A stretch of DNA of 64,000 bases from Neophaeotheca triangularis (taxonomy: Eukaryota): contig BAAIJX010000028.1 of assembly GCA_054600435.1 (NCBI GenBank), forward strand, positions 62,001-126,000. The letters run 5' to 3'. Positions 35,154 through 45,145 of the stretch are shown in pieces; position 1 is the first letter of the stretch; each line of letters begins with the position of its first letter. The notes under the pieces are model-generated. The model saw only the letters and a program-made list of their open reading frames with translations, was not told the origin of the DNA and made no database searches. The translations under genes and the position numbers were made by a program.

Positions 35154-37519
35154 TCAACCACCCTCCTCCTCTCCCTCTTGCAAAACCCCTTCATCCAACC
35201 CAGCAAATTCTCTGCCCAGCGGACTCCTAACTTTAGGCTCACTCCGCGACCTCAAAACCTGCTGCCGAGTCTTCCCCAAACTCGGCGGTGTCCGCGCAGT
35301 CTCCCTCTCCTTGTTCGCATTCTCCGTGCTGCCAGAGCTACTGGAAGCGTACTTGGCTCTCACGGCGTCCCGATGCGCGAGGCTGCCGCTACTGCCGCTT
35401 GCGAGCGTTGGGGCGGTTGAGGGGGATGCTAAGCCCGTGGCGGCGTTGTATGATGAGGAGCTAGTCACTGGCCGACTCGCGGGCATCGAGGAGCGGGGCG
35501 AAGGCGTTTGCCGCATACCACCTCTGAGCGGGGAAGGCGAAGAAGGGAAGGTGTAATCTTCAACGCGCTCGATGGAAGTGTGTACAGGGTTTCCGTCGCC
35601 ACCGTAACCGTAGTCGTCGTCGTACGGTAAGTCTCGAGTACGATAGGGCGAAGGATCGAAGCTCGGGCGCGGGCTCGCTGCGCCCCGAGGGTGTGAAATG
35701 TATTCCTCCCCGCGGCGCTTGATAGGGCTTTCGTCGTAAGGATCGAAGCCGACGCGTTTGACCGCTTCGGAGCGGAGGTTTTGGCGGTAGGTCCTGTCTG
35801 GACCCGCGCCGGCGGTTGCGGAGTCTTCGAGGAAGAAGTTAAGGAGTTCGTCTTCGATTGCTAGGTGGGATTCTTGGCGAAATTGTTGGAGAGCTGAAAG
35901 CTTGAGGAGGGTTTCGAGGAGGGAGAGGGAGGTTTTGATTGTGGGAGGCGGGGTTGGGGTAGGGTGCTTTGGGGGTGAGGCTTGGAGGTGAGTCGGGGTG
36001 GGGACGTGGGTTAGTTGGGAGTTTCTGTGGGGTTGTGGGGATGAATTGGAGCGTAGGTTTAGGGCAGAGAGGGCGGACAGCATGGAAGGGTCGAGGGAGG
36101 TGGATCGTCGACCGGCTGGTGCGGATTCGGTGGGGGAGTCTTCGTCGCTGTCGCTGGAGGGATCTTCGGTGTAGACTTCGAAAGCCATCCATTCTGGGTC
36201 TAGGTCAGGAGGTAGGCGCCAGGCTGTGCTTGAGGCTGCTTCAGTTTCTGTTGTGGGGTATGGTGTACCTGGTGTAGACTCTCGTTCGATTTGTGCGTCG
36301 AGTTCAGATTGTTCGTCAGCTTTTTCGTCGGTGTTGGCAGCTGCATGATGATTTGGCTCGTCGAAGTATGCTGAATGGCTTGACTGTGATATTTGCAGCA
36401 TACGTCTTGGTGGCTCAGCGTGAACATCTCGTTTGAGTAGCAATACAGGGTTGTTGGGCTCGTCGTCCCCGCCGATGTTGAGGATCTTGCCGGTATCAGC
36501 GTAGAAGATTTTGGATACTTCGTGAACCGGAATGACATCCCTGATGCCGGCATGTGAAACATCATCGAACTGTCCTGGTTGAGGTTGGTCGTTCTCAAAA
36601 GTGTGTACACGGTCATCGTCAAGGTCCTCAATAACGACCAGCTGATATGCAAATTCGGCAGCTTTGAGATCGGAACGAAGAGGGTTGTTACTGCCATCTT
36701 GCTGAGAGTGCTGACCCGGAAGATTATAGACATCGTCAAGTCGTACTCTCATCAATTTCAAGCGTGCTTTGTGAATGGTCTCCTTCCAAGTCGTCTCTCG
36801 CATCCCATCCTCGTCAACAGGCCTAGCATGCCCGGCGAAGAGCATGTACAGCGAGACGATGTAAGTTGGTCCGACTTGTTCGCGATCCTGGGAAGAAGCC
36901 GAATAGTTGCCATCTGCAGCAGTGAGAAATGTACTAGCTTGGAGTAGTCTAGAAGGAGAGATGTTGCCGGACAGTTTCGTAGACAAATTGACTCCCGACG
37001 TCGTAATGGCGAGGTTAATCAAAGGCACGGCGTCTTCAATCCGGTCCAGTAACTTTTTGATGTCGTCGATGATGGCTCGCAGTTCTCGTTCCGTTTCCTC
37101 ACGAGATTTGGCACGGCTGCTGTTTTTACGAGACAGCTCTTCTTCGTTTGCTGCATTGTTGAGTCGAGCGCCCAGAGCTTGAATTTCAAGGCGAATGTCT
37201 TTGGTCACGGAGACTGCTGATTCGAGGGATGTGTTGCCTCGAGCTGCTACAAGCTCTATCATGTCGATTGCTGGGGAGATGATCTGGCAGAGGTAATTAA
37301 TATCCCATCAACATATGGTAGACCCCTAAATTGACTTACCCTGATCTTGCTTTCAAGCTTCAACTGCAACCGCATCAACTCTTCCCTTTGGCTGCCCTTT
37401 GGTGTTTCTTTGAGCAATCGGCGACATGATGAGATGGCATATGTAGTAGTCAAGGTCACACCAGAGCGAATGGCATAGTTCATCGCCTGCTGGGTGACCT
37501 TGCTCAGTAGTATGTCCAT
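35154..37519 (-). CDS. RanGTP-binding protein (Yrb30-like); intron 37284-37339
   Basis: MDILLSKVTQQAMNYAIRSG, IISPAIDMIELVAARGNTSLES, SPSRLLQAS and SLSLLETLLKL match the family as I recall it. Confidence 0.82.
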
Positions 37520-38031
37520 GTTGGCGGCGTGGGAGTCAGCCGTTGGGCTTGCTGTTGGGGACGAGTATTCTGCTATTCAGCATGGCTGGGAAGATGTTGT
37601 CTTGATATCACCAAGTGTTATATGTTGCACAAGTGAAAGTCGCTCTGCCTTAACTTACCCCTGCTCACGTCGGTGCTGACACGAACAGTCCGCGTCATCA
37701 CGTGCTGATTGAATACCTCACTGTAGAACCCCGCTACTTTGGCTCTGCCTTCGGAGGCAAAATAATTTTGGCGCCGACGACATGCCCACCTCCGCTGGAC
37801 TCGGCTCCCGCCCTCCCCCCCCCAACCAACCGTGACTAAATCGCTGAACTGACTGAAGACCACCTCATACTTTATCATTACATACATCCTCCCTCTTCGA
37901 TACCATACACCTCATTCCGCCCAATAAGGTAGGAGGTAAGACAGATCAACAATCTCAACAGACTTGGCAGTATTCTGACCCCTCAAACAGGAACGAGCAC
38001 CACTTCACACTAGCAGCAGTCGACAGCAAAC

Positions 38032-40230
38032 ATGGCCAACGGAGGTCCAGACTCGTGGGAGGATGAGATGAGGGACGACGATCTATCACAACAGGCACAG
38101 CAAAGCCTCAACTTCCAGAACGGCGCAGCGAGAGGCAACACATTCACACCGGGCGCGAACACCTTTACCCCAGGCGCAGCGTCTTTTCAACCAGCCCAAT
38201 TCCAGCAGTACGGATACGGCCAGCAATACGGCCAATTCCAGCAGTATGGCTACCCTCAGCAGGGCGGATACCCCCAGTATGGCGGTTACGGTGGACAGGC
38301 GGGTGGCTACCCTCAGTATGGTCAGCAACAGATGTATGGCGGTCAGCCAGGATTCTCGCAATACCAGCAGCCACAGCAACCACAGCAACCACAACAACAA
38401 GCATACGTCCCGCCTCAGCAGAGACAGACGCCCATGATTGCCAAGCGGGGAGAAGCTCTTCCTACGGCCACTCAACAACCAGCTGCTCAACCAGCAGCAC
38501 CCAAGCCAGCACCCGCACCTGCAGCAGCAGCGCCCAATGGTGGTGGTGCTCCGCCCGTCAAGACGCTCTCCATTAGTGCGACGGACGCCAAGCCTGCGCC
38601 AAAGGTTGAGAAGACTACTGGCGGCGGCAAGGTACTTTCACTCAACACCGAACCCTCGCCTTCCCCCGGTCCCAAGGAGAATGTCGACAAAGCTGCGCCG
38701 GGAGCTGGTAAATCTGTGGCCGCAGCTAAAGCTATTGATAAGACTGGAGAAGCCGCCGGAGCAGCAGCCAGCAGTGGCAACACGTCCCCTACAGCATCGG
38801 GCAGATCATCTCCAGTTTCGAAAGCGGAGCAAAAGGCCGAGGCCAGACGAGCGGACCTGGTGGCGCAGGAGCAGGCAGCTGAAATCGACGAGGAGACGCT
38901 GGAAGAAATGTACGGAAAAGAGCATGTCAACGTCATCTTTTTGGGTCACGTTGATGCAGGAAAGAGTACACTTGGTGGCAGCATCCTTTACGCAACCGGA
39001 ATGGTGGATGAGCGGACAATGGAAAAGTACAAGAAAGACGCCAAAGACCTCGGACGTGAATCGTGGTACCTTTCATGGGCACTCGACCAGACCAAGGAGG
39101 AGCGCGCAAAGGGTAAAACCGTAGAAGTCGGCCGCGGCTTCTTCGAAACGGAAAAGCGTCGCTACTCCATCCTCGACGCACCAGGCCATAAAAACTTTGT
39201 CCCCAACATGGTCTCTGGCGCCTCTCAAGCCGACGTGGGTGTGTTGGTCATCTCCGCGCGTAAAGGCGAGTACGAGACTGGATTTGAAAAGGGCGGTCAA
39301 ACCCGCGAGCACGCCGTCCTTGCCAAAACCCAAGGTGTCAACAAACTCATCATCGTCGTGAACAAGATGGACGATCCAACAGTCGAATGGTCCGAAGAAC
39401 GCTACAAGGAGTGCACCACCAAACTCGCCATCTTCCTCAAGGGTCTCGGCTACAACCCCAAAACCGACCTCACTTTCATGCCCGTCGCCGCGCAACAAAC
39501 CCTGGGTGTTCGACACCGCGTTCCCAAAGACGTTGCTCCATGGAATGAGGCGCCCTCGCTCCTCGACTACCTCGACGACATGGTGACGCTCGAGCGCAAG
39601 GTCAACGCCCCCTTCATGATGCCCATAGCGGCCAAATACCGTGACCTGGGCACGATGATTGAAGGCAAAATCGAAGCGGGCGTGCTCAAGAAAGACGTCA
39701 AATACTTGATGATGCCCAACCGCGCCGAAATCATCATCTCCACCCTGTACGGTGAGACGGAAGACGAAATCCCGCTCGCAACCTGCGGCGACCAAGTCCG
39801 TGTCCGCATCAAGGGCCTGGAAGAGGAAGATATCCTGCCCGGTTTCGTGCTATGCTCCCCCAAACGCCCCGTTCACTGCGTCACGGCGTTTGAAGCGCAA
39901 ATCTCCCTCCTCGAACTCAAATCCATTCTGTCCGCGGGCTTCAACTGCGTCATGCACATCCATTCCGCTACCGAAGAAGTCACTTTCGCCGCGCTGCTGC
40001 ACAAGCTCGAGCCCAAAACTAACCGCAAGAGCAAGAAAGCCCCCGGTTTCGCCAAGCAGGGGATGCGCATTATTGCGAGGTTGGAGATTACGGGCAATGC
40101 CGGTGCGCTTTGTGTCGAGCGTTATGAGGATTATCCGCAGTTGGGACGGTTTACTCTCAGGGATCAGGGTCAGACTATTGCAATTGGTAAGATTACCAAG
40201 TTGATAACTGAGGGAGGTGTTGTGGGTTAA
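38032..40230 (+). CDS. SUP35: Eukaryotic peptide chain release factor eRF3 with Q/G/Y-rich N domain; probable 5'-UTR intron ending at 37990
   Basis: Motifs GHVDAGKST, KGKTVEVGR, DAPGH, NKMD and GRFTLRDQG. N-terminal low-complexity domain. Confidence 0.97.
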   Translation: MANGGPDSWEDEMRDDDLSQQAQQSLNFQNGAARGNTFTPGANTFTPGAASFQPAQFQQYGYGQQYGQFQQYGYPQQGGYPQYGGYGGQAGGYPQYGQQQMYGGQPGFSQYQQPQQPQQPQQQAYVPPQQRQTPMIAKRGEALPTATQQPAAQPAAPKPAPAPAAAAPNGGGAPPVKTLSISATDAKPAPKVEKTTGGGKVLSLNTEPSPSPGPKENVDKAAPGAGKSVAAAKAIDKTGEAAGAAASSGNTSPTASGRSSPVSKAEQKAEARRADLVAQEQAAEIDEETLEEMYGKEHVNVIFLGHVDAGKSTLGGSILYATGMVDERTMEKYKKDAKDLGRESWYLSWALDQTKEERAKGKTVEVGRGFFETEKRRYSILDAPGHKNFVPNMVSGASQADVGVLVISARKGEYETGFEKGGQTREHAVLAKTQGVNKLIIVVNKMDDPTVEWSEERYKECTTKLAIFLKGLGYNPKTDLTFMPVAAQQTLGVRHRVPKDVAPWNEAPSLLDYLDDMVTLERKVNAPFMMPIAAKYRDLGTMIEGKIEAGVLKKDVKYLMMPNRAEIIISTLYGETEDEIPLATCGDQVRVRIKGLEEEDILPGFVLCSPKRPVHCVTAFEAQISLLELKSILSAGFNCVMHIHSATEEVTFAALLHKLEPKTNRKSKKAPGFAKQGMRIIARLEITGNAGALCVERYEDYPQLGRFTLRDQGQTIAIGKITKLITEGGVVG

Positions 40231-40736
40231 GTTATGAGTGACTTGACGGGGTCGGGGGAGTGAGGGTGAAGTTTGAAAAGAACGGGATGGAGACGAGGTT
40301 TCTTTTGTTGTCAATCATCCACGTTTATGAATGTCTGTCCCAAGATGAGAGGGTATGGCTCTCTTTTTTCTCTAGCGTAAACGACTACGTGGGCGAGATG
40401 TGATGAATGGGACGATTGGCAATGAGACTGGTGGCGTTTGCTTGCGTGCGAGCGAAACTGGCTAACTATAGAAACACTCCCGCATTCCAGAATCAGCAAA
40501 AAATTACGGCGTTGTCATTGCTTCAATTCCACGTCATCTGTTTTTCCTTCTCCACCGCGCAGTCGTCTTCATTTGGGTATCATTGTAATCATCATCTTCC
40601 CTCTGCTCAATTCTAGCAAGCCCAGCAACATGCCGCCACCTCCGTCGTCTTGAACCCCGAATATCCCTCTCCACTCCCCTCCCCCACCTCGCACTCAAAC
40701 CCCCTCCCAGATCCATCTATAGGATACACTCCATCC

Positions 40737-43064
40737 TCACAACTCAACAGGCGAACTCCTAATCCCCTCACTATTCCTCCCCGACCATGAACTCACAGGC
40801 GGCGGCGGTGGCAAAGAAAAATCATCCAACTCGCCATACACGCCATTCTTCCAGACTCCATTGCCACTTGTCCCTTGCGTTCCCCTCGTTGCAGAATCTC
40901 GCTCCAACTCCGCGAAGTAACGTTCTCGACTCGGTGAGCTCCAGGGGGGTAGAGGTAAGGGCGAGGAGGAGAGGGTGGATTGGGTTTGGGTTTGGGTTTG
41001 CGGTGGAAGAAGGGATTTCGCGGTGGTGATTGTGGGTTGCGAGGGAGCGGCGGGTTTGAGGGGAGCGTATTCGGTTTGTTGTGGCGGCTGTAGTGGGGGT
41101 TGGGTTGGGAGGAGGGTTGTAGCTTGGGAGTAGGTTGTTTTTTGATGTGGAGGTATGCAGGGTGTTGTTGGGTTGATAGGAACGGGGCTGTCGTTTTTAG
41201 CGTCAAAGGGCTGTGGACTGGGTTGTCTGGAGGCGGAAGGAGGTTTATAGTGGCTGGCTTGAGGTAATGAGGCTTGCGTTGGCACGACTGTGCTGACTTG
41301 GGAGGGGCGGATTGGTGGCGAAGAAGGCTGGGATGACGATCCTGCGCTTAATGGCTCGGCCACCTTTGTTTGACTTTCTTCGGTTGTGTAGGGTAGAGGA
41401 TTTGGCTTCTTGATCGCCGTTGTCGGTAGCTCGATCTCGAGTGGTGGTGGGGAAGATTGCGTGATGGGTGTGTCAAGGTCGTCGCTTGAATCGACATGTA
41501 TTATGGATTCTGGGGCAGTGATGTCGGTATCAATCTGCGGCTCCAAAGCTCCTTTGGTTGCGCGAGATTGGGCTGGCTCCCCAAGCTCTGGCGATGACGG
41601 TGCTACTTGAGTCTGTTGTTGGTCTTCGGCATTCTCGTCAATTTGGTCTTCCAGCTGAGTCTCCGCGACCGCCTGATACTGGCTCCTATTTTGGGTCTCA
41701 GCCACACGTTCACGCATAATCTGCGTCTCGGTCTGGTTGTAACGAGCAGCGTCACGGTCCAGAGCAGCTGCCAAAGGATCGTAGGTATTGGGGCCCATAT
41801 CTTCCCAATCCTCGTCCTCCCTGGAGTTAGGTTGAAATTCTGATTCCGCTTCTGATTGCGTGGCATCCGTATCAATAGCCGCCAAATCTAATTCGTCAGG
41901 CTGAGAGTCCTCCACGGTATTGACACGCTTTAATTTGCGGACAGGTGAGTCTGGTACAGGCGATTGGTCATCTCGAGGCGGGAGATGGGGAGGTGATGAT
42001 GCTGTGGCAGCGTTTTCCGTCTGCGAGTCTTCCTCGATGCGATCGAGTTCGTTGGATTGAGGTCGATGCCCTCGCGACGGACTTTTAGCTTGCTCAGCGG
42101 ACCCCTGTTGAGAGGATTCAGGAATCTCAAGCATCTCCGGCACCGCTTGTTGGACGTCATTCAGAGCAGCTTCGTGAGTGGGCATTGCTCCCCGCGTGAA
42201 CAGCTCAAGAGACTTTCCGGCAATCTTGCTCGGGCTTGACTTATTCGAAATGATGTTGGTGCTGCGGTCCTTCAAGGGCGAACGCTGCGGAACTGGCGTC
42301 TTTCGTGACCTTTGGGTCGATAGCCTAGCATCACACGGCGTTTGCGAGGAGGGTATTTCTGTGAACCGCGCCTTCTTCGGCGTCTGAAAGGTCGGTTTGG
42401 GTGGTGGCGAGCGAGCTTTGGGACTTTCTGCATCCCCGGTAGAGTAAGAATCTTTGATCTCCAAACGAGGAGACCTCGGCATCTCCTGGTCCGCCCTGTC
42501 GTTTGATCTCAGACTTCCGAGACGAGGTGACTTTCCATCCCACACAAGCATTGAGAATTCATTGTCAACCAGTTGCGCTCCAGCTCTTCCAATTGGCGCG
42601 CGTGGCGTGGTGCTATCGTCTCCGGCCTCAAAGCCATCTTCATCCTGGTCTGGCTCCACCTGTTCTTCTGAACCATCCCAAACCTCAAACCCATCCTCGT
42701 CCAGTCTAGGTCTCTTCCGCCCTGATCCAAAGCCACCGGCCACCATCTGCGTAAGTGTATTATTCTGATCGCTCTTCCTCTTCCTCTTCTCCCGTGCGGA
42801 GGACAGCCTTGAGCGTTTGGTACTCAACTCATCCTCTCCATCACTGTCTAGTCTCCGCTCGCTACCACTGGGAGTTCTCGTGATCTGGAATCGAGGTTGT
42901 GTGAGGGTCGATTGCTCTTTTCGTAGCCGGAGATTGCTTGCGTTTGATTGAATTGGCGGCGTCCTGAGCGAGCGGCGTTTGGTTGTAAAAGTTTGTTGCG
43001 TGAGGGGAATATCGGAGGTGTAGATGACATCGGGATCTCGCTTCCTCTTCTTAGCAGTAGGCAT
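40737..43064 (-). CDS. Hypothetical intrinsically disordered, S/T-Q-rich nuclear protein (775 aa)
   Basis: Long ATG-initiated ORF with NLS-like KKRKR and many SQ/TQ dipeptides. No recognisable catalytic motif. Confidence 0.75.
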   Translation of the reverse strand: MPTAKKRKRDPDVIYTSDIPLTQQTFTTKRRSLRTPPIQSNASNLRLRKEQSTLTQPRFQITRTPSGSERRLDSDGEDELSTKRSRLSSAREKRKRKSDQNNTLTQMVAGGFGSGRKRPRLDEDGFEVWDGSEEQVEPDQDEDGFEAGDDSTTPRAPIGRAGAQLVDNEFSMLVWDGKSPRLGSLRSNDRADQEMPRSPRLEIKDSYSTGDAESPKARSPPPKPTFQTPKKARFTEIPSSQTPCDARLSTQRSRKTPVPQRSPLKDRSTNIISNKSSPSKIAGKSLELFTRGAMPTHEAALNDVQQAVPEMLEIPESSQQGSAEQAKSPSRGHRPQSNELDRIEEDSQTENAATASSPPHLPPRDDQSPVPDSPVRKLKRVNTVEDSQPDELDLAAIDTDATQSEAESEFQPNSREDEDWEDMGPNTYDPLAAALDRDAARYNQTETQIMRERVAETQNRSQYQAVAETQLEDQIDENAEDQQQTQVAPSSPELGEPAQSRATKGALEPQIDTDITAPESIIHVDSSDDLDTPITQSSPPPLEIELPTTAIKKPNPLPYTTEESQTKVAEPLSAGSSSQPSSPPIRPSQVSTVVPTQASLPQASHYKPPSASRQPSPQPFDAKNDSPVPINPTTPCIPPHQKTTYSQATTLLPTQPPLQPPQQTEYAPLKPAAPSQPTITTAKSLLPPQTQTQTQSTLSSSPLPLPPWSSPSRERYFAELERDSATRGTQGTSGNGVWKNGVYGELDDFSLPPPPPVSSWSGRNSEGIRSSPVEL

Positions 43065-43140
43065 CTTTCTGGGCGCAGTGGTGCGTACGATGTTGTAGGA
43101 TGTTGCTACCTACCTACCTAATCATCCACTTTAACAAGGT

Positions 43141-43159
43141 GACGCGCTTAGACGCGCTT
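43141..43159. promoter_or_regulatory. Tandem GACGCGCTT x2 (MCB-like ACGCG cores) in a ~200-bp bidirectional promoter
   Basis: gacgcgctta gacgcgcttt lies between divergent ATGs at 43064 and 43273. Confidence 0.45.
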
Positions 43160-43272
43160 TCGGGAAGTCCCAGGTCGCTCGTCGGGATTCGGAACTTGCC
43201 CGACTTCAACTTCATTCTTGGCAGAGAACATTTCTCTCGATGAAGTGACCAGGATGCGTGACTGATGCAAGC

Positions 43273-44313
43273 ATGGACGCTCACGCAAGGCCACCTCAGA
43301 TCCTACGCGATATTTACAAAGGCGTGCAGAAGAAAGGACAGGAAACTACTTTACCCCCACCGGAGATACTAGATCTTTCTATCGACAGTTTAACGGAACA
43401 TCCGGATCTTGAAGAACATGTATTTGCTGGAGATCAAGAGAAAGCGTTTCGAATCTTTCTAGAAAGCGATATTCCTGCTCGAGAGAACAGCCTTCCCAAC
43501 CATACCGCTCCGCCCAAGGTGTATGAAAGCAATCAAGTACCAGGTAAGCAGTCCGCGTCACATCGCCTCCGCAGTAGTCTGAAAAAGGTAGGCCTCTTCA
43601 TCTACCCCGACATCCTACCGCCCAAAATACAGCTCCTTCTCCTAGACAAGCTCCTCCATCGCGACCTCTCCAATCCCACGCACCAAACCAACGTTCACCT
43701 CCACCACAACATCACCTACCCCTCACCATCTCACACCACCTTTTTCAACCAACGCCCAACCACAACCTTCCCTCCAAAAGACCCCTCCATCCACAAACCT
43801 CTCAGCCTGACCCAGTTCCTCACTAAAAAACTCCGCTGGCTAACCCTGGGCGGGCAATATGACTGGACCGCCAAACGCTACCCATCCACGCCACCACCTC
43901 CTTTTCCATCAGACACGAAACAACTCCTCGAAACCCTCTTTCCCATGCTCAAAGCCGAGGCAGCGATTGTAAACCTCTATTCCCCAGGCGATACGCTATC
44001 ACTTCACCGAGACGTCAGCGAGGAATGCGATCGCCCACTTGTGAGTTTGAGTCTGGGATGTGAGGGTGTCTTTGTCGTTGGTCTGGAGGACGGGGGGAGT
44101 GTGACAGTGAGGCTGAGGTCGGGGGATGCTGTGGTGATGAGTGGTGAGGCGAGGTATGCTTGGCATGGTGTTCCCAAGGTTGTGAGGGGGAGTTGTCCGG
44201 AGTGGATGAGGGACTGGCCGGCGGGGACGGAGGGTGGGAGAGAGTTTGAGGACTGGAGGGGTTGGATGGAGGGGAAGAGGGTGAATTTGAATGTCAGGCA
44301 GATGTTTAATTAG
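43273..44313 (+). CDS. AlkB-family Fe(II)/2OG dioxygenase (ALKBH1-like); probable in-frame intron 43544-43591
   Basis: Motifs KLRWLTLGGQYDW, EAAIVNLY...LSLHRD (HxD), LRSGD, WHGV and RVNLNVRQ. Confidence 0.9.
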   Translation: MDAHARPPQILRDIYKGVQKKGQETTLPPPEILDLSIDSLTEHPDLEEHVFAGDQEKAFRIFLESDIPARENSLPNHTAPPKVYESNQVPGKQSASHRLRSSLKKVGLFIYPDILPPKIQLLLLDKLLHRDLSNPTHQTNVHLHHNITYPSPSHTTFFNQRPTTTFPPKDPSIHKPLSLTQFLTKKLRWLTLGGQYDWTAKRYPSTPPPPFPSDTKQLLETLFPMLKAEAAIVNLYSPGDTLSLHRDVSEECDRPLVSLSLGCEGVFVVGLEDGGSVTVRLRSGDAVVMSGEARYAWHGVPKVVRGSCPEWMRDWPAGTEGGREFEDWRGWMEGKRVNLNVRQMFN

Positions 44314-44929
44314 GATGGTAATGGATCTGTTACTACGAATTGCTCTGGAACGGGCCTTTTGGCAGGGGGCTATCCTTGATCGCACCAATTCATCGCACCC
44401 TTACCGCCCATGCCCGCTACTCGCCAATCATGACATCCACCTTTCTGCGCCATCAGCTCAAGTCACGAAACAAGACACCCGCGGGGTTGTACTAATGTGG
44501 AGAAGTAACAGAACTTGTGAGAATGAAGACGACACATTCCGCGAGGGACGCTTTCGACGCTGGTGGTGGCTATCTCGTATACGCTTTCGACGTTGGCATA
44601 CTCGCGGTCTTGGGCAATTTGCGTCGGATTAGTCTTTAACTCGGCTCGGATTTCGAGGGAGGAGGGTGGTCGTACCCCGTAGGTGATGTACTTCATCTTC
44701 GGCAATTCCTCGTTCGACTGTGGGTAGCCTGAGCGCGAACCATGAAATGCAATCACTGGCGGCAGAAGCTTGCGAAAAAGTTTGGAATGTTTCCTAACAA
44801 AAATGTACCTACTTGGAAGCATCGGGAATGAATGTGGGCGTTTGTATGTAGCCCTCCCATCCCCCATTTCCCAGTGCCTCCTCTTCTTTACTCAGCCTAA
44901 GACTAGAAAAAAGTAAGTCTGGCACCAGC

Positions 44930-45145
44930 AAAAATAGCAAAACTTGATCTCTTCACCCGTATCTATGCCCTAGAATATGGGAGTGAAGAGTCAGTAAACA
45001 CGCTTAGCCCACCTAGCGAACATCAATGGCGGGCACCTTCTATGTTTGAATTTTTAAATTCAAGAAGGCCGGTTTACCCCAAGACTCGAACTCGAGTCCC
45101 AGGTTTGGGGGAGGGGGATACACACAACCACTGAGCCATTGGCCG
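44930..45145 (-). ncRNA. Putative Pol III-transcribed structured RNA or tRNA-derived SINE-like element
   Basis: A box TGGCTCAGTGG (45138-45128) and B box GAGTTCGAGTC (45093-45083) at tRNA-like spacing, several hairpins, then TTTT and TTTTT. No full cloverleaf. Confidence 0.5.
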
